The notes beneath the pieces are model-generated. The model searched no databases and had not been told where the DNA came from. It saw only the letters and a program-made list of their open reading frames with translations. Made by a program: the position numbers and the translations under genes. Below, piece by piece: positions 1-8,843 of a DNA stretch of 64,000 nt (position 1 is the stretch's first letter; each line of letters opens with the position of its first letter). The DNA is from an uncultured Chloroflexia bacterium. Lineage in GTDB: Bacteria; Chloroflexota; Limnocylindria; Limnocylindrales; CSP1-4. Where the stretch lies: contig CAVPPB010000003.1 of assembly GCA_963707215.1 (NCBI GenBank), forward strand, positions 96,001 to 160,000, in the 5' to 3' direction.

Positions 1-890
1 CGCACCCGGACGTCGTCGAATGGCGGCCGAGACGCATCGAAGCCGAGATAGGAAACGGCCAGCGAGGGGACCTCGCGAAGCTGTGGCCCGAGCCCCGGGT
101 CGTAGCGGATCCAGCTGGCGTCATAGACGCTGATCGGGGTGTAGTCGAGCTCCCCGTCCTCGAACGCCTCGACGGCGCTCTTCCCGCCGAGATCGGTCAC
201 CAGGCGGATCCGGTCGATCGCCGGAGCACCGGCCCAGTACCGCTCGTTGGCGACGAGGTCGAACCCGTCCATGTCGATGCTCTCGACGCGATAGCCGCCA
301 CTCACCGCCTGTCGTGTTGGGTCCTCCGTCCCGTCGAAGCCGGGGGGGACGATCCCGAAGCTCGGCCCTGAGACGATGGCCGGGAAGTCGCCGGTGGGCC
401 GAACGAGGTCGACCTCAACCCGCAGCTCATCGACAGCTCGGAGGCCGACCGAAGATGCGTCACCCTCGCCACGCCGGTAGGCCTCGACGCCGACCACGTC
501 GTCCATGAGCGAGGCCAGCGGCGAGGGCGACGCCGGGTCCACGACCCGGAGCCAGCTCCGGACGACGTCGGCCGCACCGAGGGCCGAACCGTCGGAGAAG
601 GTCAGGCCAGGCCTCAGGACGAAGGTGATCCGCCGCGCGTCGGGCGAGACGTCCCAACGCTCAGCGAGCGCGGGTCGAAGCTCCAGCGAAGGATCGAAGG
701 CCGTCAGGGACTCGAAGAGCTGGGCGATGAAGGCGGCCGAGCCGGCATCGCCGGCGGCAGCCGGGTCGAGCGTGGCCGGCTCGCCGACGGCGATCCGCGC
801 TTCCGCGGCGGCCCGCCCGGGGTCAGCGCCCAGCAAGCCGCCCGCGAGGACGATGCCGATGACGCCGAAGAGGAGCGCCGCGCGAGCCAT
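1..890 (-). CDS. Peptide/nickel ABC transporter substrate-binding protein (family 5, OppA/DppA-like), runs off the left edge
   Basis: Manual translation of the minus strand: MARAALLFGVIGIVLAGG (signal) ...EPATLDPA...QLFESLTAFDPSLELRPALAERWDVSPDARRITFVLRPGLTFSDGS, the SBP family 5 signature. Not in the ORF track because it is open at the edge; alternative in-frame TTG at 914. Confidence 0.85.
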   Translation of the reverse strand, partial: MARAALLFGVIGIVLAGGLLGADPGRAAAEARIAVGEPATLDPAAAGDAGSAAFIAQLFESLTAFDPSLELRPALAERWDVSPDARRITFVLRPGLTFSDGSALGAADVVRSWLRVVDPASPSPLASLMDDVVGVEAYRRGEGDASSVGLRAVDELRVEVDLVRPTGDFPAIVSGPSFGIVPPGFDGTEDPTRQAVSGGYRVESIDMDGFDLVANERYWAGAPAIDRIRLVTDLGGKSAVEAFEDGELDYTPISVYDASWIRYDPGLGPQLREVPSLAVSYLGFDASRPPFDDVRV

Positions 891-1308
891 CGCGGGGACG
901 ATCCTCCGGCTCAAGGTCGGAGATACCACGCGGCCGTCACCGGCAGGCCGTCACGGTCCTGGCCTCGGAAGCGGTGGAGCGGACGCTCGATGGGGACGGG
1001 CTGGCGCATCCGCGCCCGGGTGGCATCGGATGCTTCGCCGCCGAAGACAGCAAGTAGAGCGGCGATGCAGACCCAGCGGCGCATGGGCCGAGTATAGGTT
1101 CGTCCGGCGGAATGCCCCGTCGGCAGGTCCGGGCAGGATTGAGGCCCCGTCGGACCACACCGCCGGGGGAACGATGTCATGTGACGGGGCCTCGCCGGGT
1201 AGAACGAAGGAGGCGCCAGCATCGTTAGGGGGGAGGGGCTCGCGACTTCTCGACGGGAGCGCCGGCGGCGGCCCCCACCGGGCCGAGGGCGGTAGCATCG
1301 ACGGCACG

Positions 1309-2850
1309 ATGTCCGCGCAGCTTCGCCTCCGTGACACCCTGCGACGATCGGTCGAGCCGGTCGAGATCCCGGACGGCCCCGTCCGCATGTACACCTGCGG
1401 GCCCACCGTCTACCGCTACGCTCACGTCGGCAACCTGCGCAGCTACCTTCTCGCGGACCTGATCCGCAGGGCCCTCCTCTACCACGGTCACCACGTACGC
1501 CATGTCAAGAACATCACCGATGTCGGCCACCTGCGCGACGAACGGCTCGATCAGGGTGAGGACCGGATGCTCGTCCAGGCCGGCCTCGAGGGAAGGAGCC
1601 CTGCCGAGATCGCCCATGCCTACGAGGCGGCCTTCCACGCCGACGAGGCGCTGGTCAACATCCTTCCTGCCCATGTGTTCCCGCGGGCCACTGAGCACAT
1701 CCCCGAGATGGTCGAGATCGTCGAACAGCTCGAGGACGCGGGAGCCGCCTATCGGTCGGAAGCGGGAAACGTCTACTTCGCCGTCGCACGGGCGGCCGGC
1801 TACGGGCGGCTCTCGGGCAACAGCCTCGACGAACTCCGAGCCGGCCACCGCGGCCAGATCGAGAGCGACAAGCGTGACCCGGCCGACTTCGCCCTCTGGA
1901 AGGCCGCCGGCGAGGGTCGTCTGCTGAAGTGGCCGACCACGCGCTACGGCGAGGGCTTTCCGGGTTGGCACATCGAGTGCTCGGCGATGGCGCTCCGCTA
2001 CCTGGGCGACCGCTTCGAGATCCACACCGGCGGCATCGACAACGTCTTCCCCCACCATGAGGACGAGATCGCCCAGTCGTCGGCGCTGACCGGGATCGTG
2101 CCGGCCGCCCACTGGGTCCACGGTGAGTTCCTGCTCATGGCCGGCCGCAAGATGGCCAAGTCGGCGGGCAACTTCCAGCGGATCACCGAGCTCCTGGACG
2201 AGGGCCTCGACCCCCTGGCGTTCCGCTACCTCTGCCTCACCGCTCGCTACGGTCGCAAGCTCGAGTACTCGACCGAGTCCATCCGGGCAGCCGCGGCCGG
2301 GTTGCGGTCGCTGCGGTCTGCGGTCGCCGACCTCGGGCCGGCTCCGATGACCGGACCGTGGACTCCCGATGCCCCCGTCATCGCGGGCCGCGCCCCCGGC
2401 CATCCGGTGGGTCTCGCCGAAGGGCCCACCGGCCACGGTCGCGGGACGGCGCCGCCGGTCCGCGACCGATCGCTGCTCCCGGCGCTCCCCTTCTCCCCGA
2501 CCGGGGCAGAGCTGCACCGTCGCTTCGTGACCGCCATCGACGACGATCTGGACACGCCAGCGGCTCTCGCGGTCGTTCGCGACATGCCGAGGGCTGGACT
2601 CGGTCCCGACGAGGCCCGTTGGCTCGTTCTCGACGCCGACCTGATCCTCGGTCTCGACCTCCATCGGTCCCCGGCGCCGCCCAGCGACGCTGACACGCCC
2701 GCGGCGGTCCGGGAGCTCCTCCGGCGACGGGCGATCGCCCGAGCCACCCACGACTACGCCGAGGCCGACGCGATCCGCGACGAGTTGGCCGACGAGGGTT
2801 GGCTCGTGGAGGATCGCTCGGACGGCACCTCGAGCGCCCGTCGAGGCTAG
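1309..2850 (+). CDS. cysS: Cysteine--tRNA ligase
   Basis: MYTCGPTVY, HVGN (HIGH), DFALWK, PGWHIECSAM, FPHHEDE, KMAKS (KMSKS), DDDLDTP helical domain and C-terminal anticodon-binding domain. Start trimmed from ORF 505..2850. Confidence 0.95.
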   Translation: MSAQLRLRDTLRRSVEPVEIPDGPVRMYTCGPTVYRYAHVGNLRSYLLADLIRRALLYHGHHVRHVKNITDVGHLRDERLDQGEDRMLVQAGLEGRSPAEIAHAYEAAFHADEALVNILPAHVFPRATEHIPEMVEIVEQLEDAGAAYRSEAGNVYFAVARAAGYGRLSGNSLDELRAGHRGQIESDKRDPADFALWKAAGEGRLLKWPTTRYGEGFPGWHIECSAMALRYLGDRFEIHTGGIDNVFPHHEDEIAQSSALTGIVPAAHWVHGEFLLMAGRKMAKSAGNFQRITELLDEGLDPLAFRYLCLTARYGRKLEYSTESIRAAAAGLRSLRSAVADLGPAPMTGPWTPDAPVIAGRAPGHPVGLAEGPTGHGRGTAPPVRDRSLLPALPFSPTGAELHRRFVTAIDDDLDTPAALAVVRDMPRAGLGPDEARWLVLDADLILGLDLHRSPAPPSDADTPAAVRELLRRRAIARATHDYAEADAIRDELADEGWLVEDRSDGTSSARRG

Positions 2851-2860
2851 GCTCCCGTGA

Positions 2861-3853
2861 TCAGGATCGCCGGCTCGCGATCAAGAGGTCGCTCCGTCCC
2901 CTGAAGCGGTCGAGGATGCGGTAGAAGTTCCGGCGACTGAGGCGCTCCCGCTCGTCCTCAGGGAGGCTCGTGTAGCCCCGGTGCTCATGGCGGGCCAACG
3001 GCAGGACCAATCGGACCGCGCGCCGCGGCGGCCGCTCAGGGCCCTCGTCGCGGAGGACCAGGCTCCACCAGATGTCCAGGTTGCGGTAGAAGCGGAACCG
3101 CTCATCGAGAGGTCCCCGCTCGGCAGCGTCGCTCCGTCGGAACGCCTGGCAGTAGCCCTCGATCGCGTCGACGTCACCTGGCGGCGCGTCCTCGAACCGC
3201 CGAAGGTCGTCGGAGACGATCCCCCAGCCACCGGCGACCGCCACGGTCGGGTCGACAAGGGCATCGCGGAGCGGCGCCAGGAAGTCACCCTCTGGTTCGA
3301 GGCTCGTGTCGAGCAGGACGACCATCTCTCCTGTAGCCCGTCGGATGCCGCCGTTGGTCGCTGCACCGTGGCCCAGCCGCGCCGACGTCCGGAGGATCTC
3401 GACGACCGGTGGGCCATCCAGGTCGATGGCGTCCAGGGCCACGACCTGCTCCGGGGAGGGGTCGTCGGCCACGATCACCAGCTGTGTGTCGGGCGGCACA
3501 TGGCGCCGCAGGCCAGCGAGGCAGCGCTCGAGGTCGGCCGGCCAGTCGGTCGCCAACAGGACGACCGTGGCCGCTGTCATCGGTGCCTCGTCGAGCCGCG
3601 AGGGGACGCTCTCACTCCGACCGTACCGGACGAGGGCACCGTCTGCGACATCCGGCGGATGGACCGTCTCCAGCCGGTATGAGAGCCCCTGGTCGACGAC
3701 CCGCCACCCGCGCGCCTCGAGCTCGGATCGCAGGCGATCGGCGGCCTCCCACTCCTTGCCCGCGCGGGCGAGGGCCCGCTCGTCTGCAAGCGCCCGAACG
3801 TCGTCGGGGATCTCCGTCGATCCTTTCGAGCGAGGGCTAGCCGGCTCGCTCAT
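2861..3853 (-). CDS. GT2/GT-A-fold glycosyltransferase-like protein with an N-terminal CysRS C-terminal (anticodon-binding-like) domain
   Basis: N-terminal ERALARAGKEWEAADRLRSELEARGWRVVD; then ATVVLL...LERCLAGL...LVIVADDPS, LGHGAATNGGIRRATGEMVVLLDTS and GPLDERFRFY, typical of GT2. Confidence 0.85.
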   Translation of the reverse strand: MSEPASPRSKGSTEIPDDVRALADERALARAGKEWEAADRLRSELEARGWRVVDQGLSYRLETVHPPDVADGALVRYGRSESVPSRLDEAPMTAATVVLLATDWPADLERCLAGLRRHVPPDTQLVIVADDPSPEQVVALDAIDLDGPPVVEILRTSARLGHGAATNGGIRRATGEMVVLLDTSLEPEGDFLAPLRDALVDPTVAVAGGWGIVSDDLRRFEDAPPGDVDAIEGYCQAFRRSDAAERGPLDERFRFYRNLDIWWSLVLRDEGPERPPRRAVRLVLPLARHEHRGYTSLPEDERERLSRRNFYRILDRFRGRSDLLIASRRS

Positions 3854-4295
3854 GCGGCACCCCCTCGTCGCTCGGTCCGACCCGCCCCGACGGGCCTCGA
3901 TCTTCATCCCGGTTCTGCAGGGCCACGGCCGCCCCGCGGAAGTACTCGAGCAGTCGCTCGCGGGCCGAGGTCGGCGCATCGCTCGCCTCGACGGCGCGGC
4001 GCATGTGCCAGAGCCAACGCTCGCGCGCGGTCGGCCCGATCCAGAACGGGAAGTGCCGGGCGCGCAGACGGGGGTGGCCACGCTCGAGGCTGTAGGTCGG
4101 GGGACCTCCCCAGTACTGGGCCAGGAACAGGCCGAGCCGGCGACGAGCGCCGCCGAGGTCGGCTTCTGGGTACAGGGGGCGGAGCACCTCATCAGCTTCG
4201 ACGCCGGCGTAGAACGATGCGACGAGCGCCTCGAAGAACGGCATCCCGCCGACCTCCTCGTAGAGGGACGGAGTGGTCGGGGCGTCCTGGCTCAT
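3837..4295 (-). CDS. glbO: Group II truncated hemoglobin (GlbO-like)
   Basis: SLYEEVGG...FYAGV..D..LRPLYP...FLAQYWGGP..YS..RGHPRLRARH..F.IG...RERWL..M. Confidence 0.92.
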   Translation of the reverse strand: MSQDAPTTPSLYEEVGGMPFFEALVASFYAGVEADEVLRPLYPEADLGGARRRLGLFLAQYWGGPPTYSLERGHPRLRARHFPFWIGPTARERWLWHMRRAVEASDAPTSARERLLEYFRGAAVALQNRDEDRGPSGRVGPSDEGVPHERAG

Positions 4296-4400
4296 GCTCC
4301 GATGCTACCTGCCCGGCCGTTGCGTCGGCGCGCCGCGGACACGGGGGGTACCCTGCATTCGAGCCATGGCCCGCCCGACGAAGCGCCCGACCCTACGCGG

Positions 4401-5186
4401 ATGAGCGACCTCCCGATCTCGGCCCTCAGCCTCATCGTGCTCGCCGTCGGGGCCCTGCTCGGTGGGCTCGCCCACCTCATCCTGCCCCGCCCTCGACGCC
4501 TGACCTGGGCCGCCACCGTCGTGGTGGCGGTCCTCGGCGCTTCGACCGTGGGCCTTGCCCTGGAGCTCTTCGGCGTCGAGGAGCGATCAGTCACCTGGCT
4601 GCTCGGCCCGGTACTGGCCGCCGTGGGCGCCGTAGGCGTCGCGGACTCGCTGAAGATCGTCCAGGAGCGGCGCCGTGGTCGAGGGGTACCCGGCGTGCCC
4701 ACCGCCCGTCTGATCGCCCAGGGCGAGGGAGACCGGGTCGAGTTCAAGTCCACGGCTCGACGGAACCTGCACACGCGGGCGCGCGACGACCGGATCGAGG
4801 CGGAGGTGGTGATCACCGTCGCCGGCTTCATGAACGCGACGGGCGGGACACTCCTGATCGGCGTGGCCGATGACGGCTCGATCCTCGGCGTGGAAGACGA
4901 GCTCGAGCTCATGCCCCGGCCCGACCGTGATGGCTTCGAGCTCTGGCTGCGCGACGCCCTGGCGAGCCGCATCGGCCGGCCTGCCACCGCCGACGTGGCC
5001 GTCACCTTCGAGTCCCTCGACGGGCGCGACGTCTGCCGGGTGGACGTCCCGCCAGCCGCAGCGCCTGCCTATGTCAACGAGGGCAAAGGGCCCAGGACGG
5101 CTGACTTCCACCTCCGGATCGGCAACACGACCCGCAAGCTCCTCACCGATGAGGTGGTCGCCTACACGGCACGCCGCTGGGACTGA
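4401..5186 (+). CDS. Membrane-anchored (about 3 TM) Schlafen/AlbA_2 domain protein
   Basis: Hydrophobic N-terminus, then LIAQGEGDRVEFKS, VAGFMNATGGTLLIGVADDGSILGV and FHLRIGNTT, the AlbA_2 signature. Confidence 0.88.
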   Translation: MSDLPISALSLIVLAVGALLGGLAHLILPRPRRLTWAATVVVAVLGASTVGLALELFGVEERSVTWLLGPVLAAVGAVGVADSLKIVQERRRGRGVPGVPTARLIAQGEGDRVEFKSTARRNLHTRARDDRIEAEVVITVAGFMNATGGTLLIGVADDGSILGVEDELELMPRPDRDGFELWLRDALASRIGRPATADVAVTFESLDGRDVCRVDVPPAAAPAYVNEGKGPRTADFHLRIGNTTRKLLTDEVVAYTARRWD

Positions 5187-5192
5187 AGCGCG

Positions 5193-5218
5193 CGGGGCGA
5201 CCTGCCTGGGTCGCCCCG
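5193..5218. terminator. Hairpin between convergent genes, probable bidirectional terminator
   Basis: CGGGGCGACC-tgcctg-GGTCGCCCCG, a perfect 10-bp stem. Confidence 0.5.
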
Positions 5219-5228
5219 ACGTCCGGGG

Positions 5229-5549
5229 TCAGCTCTCGCGAGCCTCCTCGGCCGCCTCCTGGATCGTCTCCTCGGCAGCTCCGAGCGCTTCCTCGGCTGC
5301 CTCGGTCGCCGCTTCGGCCTCACCCTCGGCCGCCTCACGCGCCTGGGCGATCCGCTCCTCCACGACCGACTGGAGCTCCTTGAAGCGGCTCTCCAGGCGC
5401 GCTCCGAGGGCATCCATGTCGCGGTTCTGGATGTCGTTGCGGACCTGCTCGTACTCCTCCCGCAGGTCGCGGCCGGTCTGGACGGAATAGAGCACGGCAC
5501 CGGCGGCGCCGACGAGGACGCCAGCGAGGAACCCGAACGCGAATCGCAT
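5229..5549 (-). CDS. YtxH-like membrane-anchored coiled-coil protein
   Basis: MRFAFGFLAGVLVGAAGAVLYS..TGRDLRE followed by an Ala/Glu-rich helix; AGGAGG RBS. Confidence 0.75.
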   Translation of the reverse strand: MRFAFGFLAGVLVGAAGAVLYSVQTGRDLREEYEQVRNDIQNRDMDALGARLESRFKELQSVVEERIAQAREAAEGEAEAATEAAEEALGAAEETIQEAAEEARES

Positions 5550-5820
5550 GTCAACCTCCTTGGTCGCCTCCGGTACTCGGGCGGCCGACTCGACAGCGCG
5601 CCAGGTTCGGGAGGCAGGGACAGTACCGATCATCCGACGATCGAGAAAATCCTACGCCCTCACGCCGGGCCACGGGCCTGGCGTCGCGGCGCTCGGTGCG
5701 GGTCGCCGTGCGTCAGGGGCAACAGCCATGACTCTCGTACCGTCGCTCGGACGCACCACTGGGCGTAGATTCAGCCAGACCAGACCTCTCCGACGCCCGT
5801 CGAGGTGCAGCCAGACCCTG

Positions 5821-6591
5821 ATGAACGACCTGCTGGTCCTCGTCATCGTCGTCGCCGTCGTCGCCAACGTGATCCTGATCGTCGGCGCGATCGTCTATGC
5901 CCGAAGTCGCCGGACCGCCGACGAGCCGGCCCCGGCGATGGTCGCGCCCGGCCCGGGTGGGCCCCCTCCGGGGCCGTCCCCGGAGCCCGCCCCCACGCCG
6001 AGCCTCGATTTCGTGCCGGAGCCCGCCCCGCCGCCGATCGACCGACCGGAGTCGCCCGTCCAGGAGACCGATGTGGACTCGCCCAGTAACGACCTCCCCG
6101 ATTTCCTCGACCCGCTGACCGGACTCGCCACGGCGGTCGGCTGGGAGCAGGTGCTGCTGCTCGAGGAGCGTCGACTCTCGCGGTACGGGCGACCGGCCAC
6201 GGTCGTGGTGGTGGAGCTCGACCGTCTCGACGCCCTCGCCGAGCGGCTTGGCAGTGACATCGCCGACCGACTCATCCCGGCGGTCGCCGAGACGATCCGC
6301 CGGTCATCCCGTGCCGCGGACGTGGTGGCCCGGACCGATCATGCGGTCTTCCGCGTCCTGATGCCGGAGACCGATGAGATCCGCGCGATCAACTTCGTCG
6401 AGCGTCTCCGGGAGACGTGCGACACGTGGCTGGAGGCGTCCGCGGTCGCCGTTCGGCTGGCCATCGGTTGGGCCAGCGCGGGACCCGGTGGGGACGTCAG
6501 AGCAGCCGCGAGGATCGCCACCGAGCGCATGTACGCGGACCGCTCCCGCGGTCGTCCGGCGCCGGGCCGCCCGCCGACTCTCGCCTCGTAG
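5821..6591 (+). CDS. Membrane-anchored degenerate GGDEF-domain protein
   Basis: TM helix, Pro-rich linker, DPLTGL; RAAD I-site followed 5 residues later by DHAVF in place of GGDEF; MY near the C-terminus. Confidence 0.85.
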   Translation: MNDLLVLVIVVAVVANVILIVGAIVYARSRRTADEPAPAMVAPGPGGPPPGPSPEPAPTPSLDFVPEPAPPPIDRPESPVQETDVDSPSNDLPDFLDPLTGLATAVGWEQVLLLEERRLSRYGRPATVVVVELDRLDALAERLGSDIADRLIPAVAETIRRSSRAADVVARTDHAVFRVLMPETDEIRAINFVERLRETCDTWLEASAVAVRLAIGWASAGPGGDVRAAARIATERMYADRSRGRPAPGRPPTLAS

Positions 6592-6729
6592 ATCCCGCCC
6601 GGCCCCTGGACCCGCGTCGATCCGCGGAGACCCGCGTGTCTCCGTTCCCGCGCTCGCGCGGCCCCGGTTCGCCCCGCCGGCGTCCCGGCCACTCGCGGTA
6701 CCCTAGGGCCCACCGCCCGGAGCCCGCCC

Positions 6730-7032
6730 ATGCCCGACCGACCCACCCGAGAGTACGTCCGTCTCACCAGCCTGGCGCTCGACGGAGAACCCCTGGAGAT
6801 CACCTCAGCCGAGCTGTGCAGGATCCAGCACTGGGCTGGGGATGAGCCGGCGCAGGTCGAGTGGGAGATCCGCGGGAGGACGAAGGACGAGCGACTCCGT
6901 GACGGCACCCGGGGGATCGACATGGCTGCCGGTGACCGTCGCTATCGGGGCCGGGTCATCGTCTCCAGCTCAGCGTCCGGGGGCCTGACGGTCTTTGAGA
7001 TGGTCGTCCTCGGGGACCTCGTCGAGTCCTAG
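6730..7032 (+). CDS. Hypothetical protein (100 aa)
   Basis: Globular-looking ORF filling the gap, GGAG upstream; family not recognised. Confidence 0.6.
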   Translation: MPDRPTREYVRLTSLALDGEPLEITSAELCRIQHWAGDEPAQVEWEIRGRTKDERLRDGTRGIDMAAGDRRYRGRVIVSSSASGGLTVFEMVVLGDLVES

Positions 7033-7092
7033 CTGCGGGTCCGAGCGCCGCTTCTGGGATACTGGTCTGCCAGAAATCACGCGAGGGCCCAC

Positions 7093-8688
7093 ATGTTCGT
7101 CGACGCTCGGTCCCTCCCCGATGGCGCCACCCTGCATGCCGATCTCTGCATCGTGGGCGCAGGCCCGGCGGCGATCACGCTCGCTCTCGAATTGACCGGT
7201 CGAGGCCTGCGGGTCCTACTGGTCGAGAGTGGCGCCATCGAGCCCCAGATCCGCCGGAAGTACCTCGACATCGGCTCGAGCGTCGGCCACCCGTACTACA
7301 ACCTCATGTTCACCCGCGCCCGCGCCTTCGGCGGTACGAGCAGTCGGTGGCACATGCACACGCATGGCGACGAAGGCTGGATGGCCCGTCCGCTTGACCC
7401 GATCGATTTCGAGTCGCGGCCCGGCCTCCCCTGGAGTGGCTGGCCCATCGCCTACCGGGATCTCGAGCCGTACTACCGGAGAGCTCATTCGATCTCCGAC
7501 CTTGGGCCGGACACGTTCGCAGCCGACGACTGGGAGCGTCCTGGGATGCAGCGGCTACCGCTCCGGGGCTCCCACTTCGAGACGACCATCCTCCAGCGCG
7601 GGATGGCCAAGTTCTCCCGGTTCCGAGACGAGTTCGCCATCATGCCTGACGTGACGGTCCTCCACCACGCGACGGTGGTCGACATCGTTTCCGCGGGCGA
7701 GCCCCCCGCGGTCGAGCGGGTCGTCGCCGCCACGACGGCCGATCGCCGGTTCGAAGTCACCGCCCGGACGTTCGTTCTGGCGGCCGGCGGGATCGAGAAC
7801 CCCCGCCTGTTGCTGGCGAGCGTCGGGCAGCAGCCAGACGGTCTCGGTAACGGCAATGATCTCGTCGGCCGTTTCTTCATGGAGCATCTCGCTGGCCGGA
7901 TCGGCTACGTCCGTCCAGCAGACCGCGGCCTCGTCAGCTCCGGCGGACTCTACGACAGCCACCCGGAGGGATCGATCTTCATCCAGGCCGCGCTGATGCC
8001 CCGCCCCGAGGTCCTGCGAGCAGAGCGCCTCCTGAACGTCGCCTTCTTCCTTGTGCCACGAACCGAGGCGTTCGTTTCCGAGGGCGTCCGATCCCTGAAG
8101 GCTCTGATCACCTCGACCTACCGGCGGCCGATCGCCGGGAACGCCGCAAGACACGTGAGAAACGTCCTTGCCGATGCCGGATCGGTCGCACGGACGATCG
8201 CCTTCCGATTCGGCCCCGAAACCCAGCCCGATACGGTACTGGCGGTCCGAGCCCAGGCGGAACAGGCCCCGCACCGTGAGTCCCGGATCCGTCTCGGTCG
8301 GGCGCGCGACCGCTATGGCGTCCCACGTCCGGTCCTTGCCTGGAAGGTCAGTGACTCTGACATCGATTCGATCCGTCGCGCCCAGCGGATTCTCGATGTG
8401 GACCTGCGAGCCAGCGGCCTCGGCCACCTCGAGCGGATGCTCGGGGACGAAGACCCGCCCGTCGTGTTCGAGGGCGATCATCACCATATGGGCACCACGA
8501 AGATGGCAGCGGATCCGCGCGACGGCGTCGTGGACGTCGACTGCCGTGTTCACGGGGTCCGGAACCTCTATGTGGCCGGAGCATCCGTGTTCCCGACCGG
8601 AGGCTGGATGAACCCGACCCTGACGGTCGTGGCTCTCGCGGTCCGCCTGGCCGATCAGCTCAAGCAGCAGGTCACCGTGCGACCCTGA
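7093..8688 (+). CDS. GMC-family FAD oxidoreductase
   Basis: IVGAGPA FAD-binding start, FGGTS, LAAGGIENPRLLL, VGRFFMEH, HHMGTTKM, GVVDVDCRVHGVRNLYVAGASVFP, NPTLT. Confidence 0.92.
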   Translation: MFVDARSLPDGATLHADLCIVGAGPAAITLALELTGRGLRVLLVESGAIEPQIRRKYLDIGSSVGHPYYNLMFTRARAFGGTSSRWHMHTHGDEGWMARPLDPIDFESRPGLPWSGWPIAYRDLEPYYRRAHSISDLGPDTFAADDWERPGMQRLPLRGSHFETTILQRGMAKFSRFRDEFAIMPDVTVLHHATVVDIVSAGEPPAVERVVAATTADRRFEVTARTFVLAAGGIENPRLLLASVGQQPDGLGNGNDLVGRFFMEHLAGRIGYVRPADRGLVSSGGLYDSHPEGSIFIQAALMPRPEVLRAERLLNVAFFLVPRTEAFVSEGVRSLKALITSTYRRPIAGNAARHVRNVLADAGSVARTIAFRFGPETQPDTVLAVRAQAEQAPHRESRIRLGRARDRYGVPRPVLAWKVSDSDIDSIRRAQRILDVDLRASGLGHLERMLGDEDPPVVFEGDHHHMGTTKMAADPRDGVVDVDCRVHGVRNLYVAGASVFPTGGWMNPTLTVVALAVRLADQLKQQVTVRP

Positions 8689-8843
8689 CGGACGCCCGGA
8701 CGTACCAATCGGCTCTCACCGGCAAGATGGCTGCGGGAAGCCCCCAAGAGGCCTCTCCGGTCAATCCGAGGGCAGTCCAGGTGCGGGATGCCCACCCAGG
8801 GGGCCGCCCCTGCGCCTGCTACGCTCGTCGCCGCCGGGGCCCG

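Noticed and set aside
505-1308. N-terminal extension of cysS and small ORFs at 911..1222 and 937..1158
   Set aside because: The extension overlaps the minus-strand substrate-binding protein gene; the small ORFs have no recognisable motifs or RBS.
1309-2850. cysS as MshC (mycothiol ligase)
   Set aside because: It retains the C-terminal anticodon-binding domain that MshC lacks.
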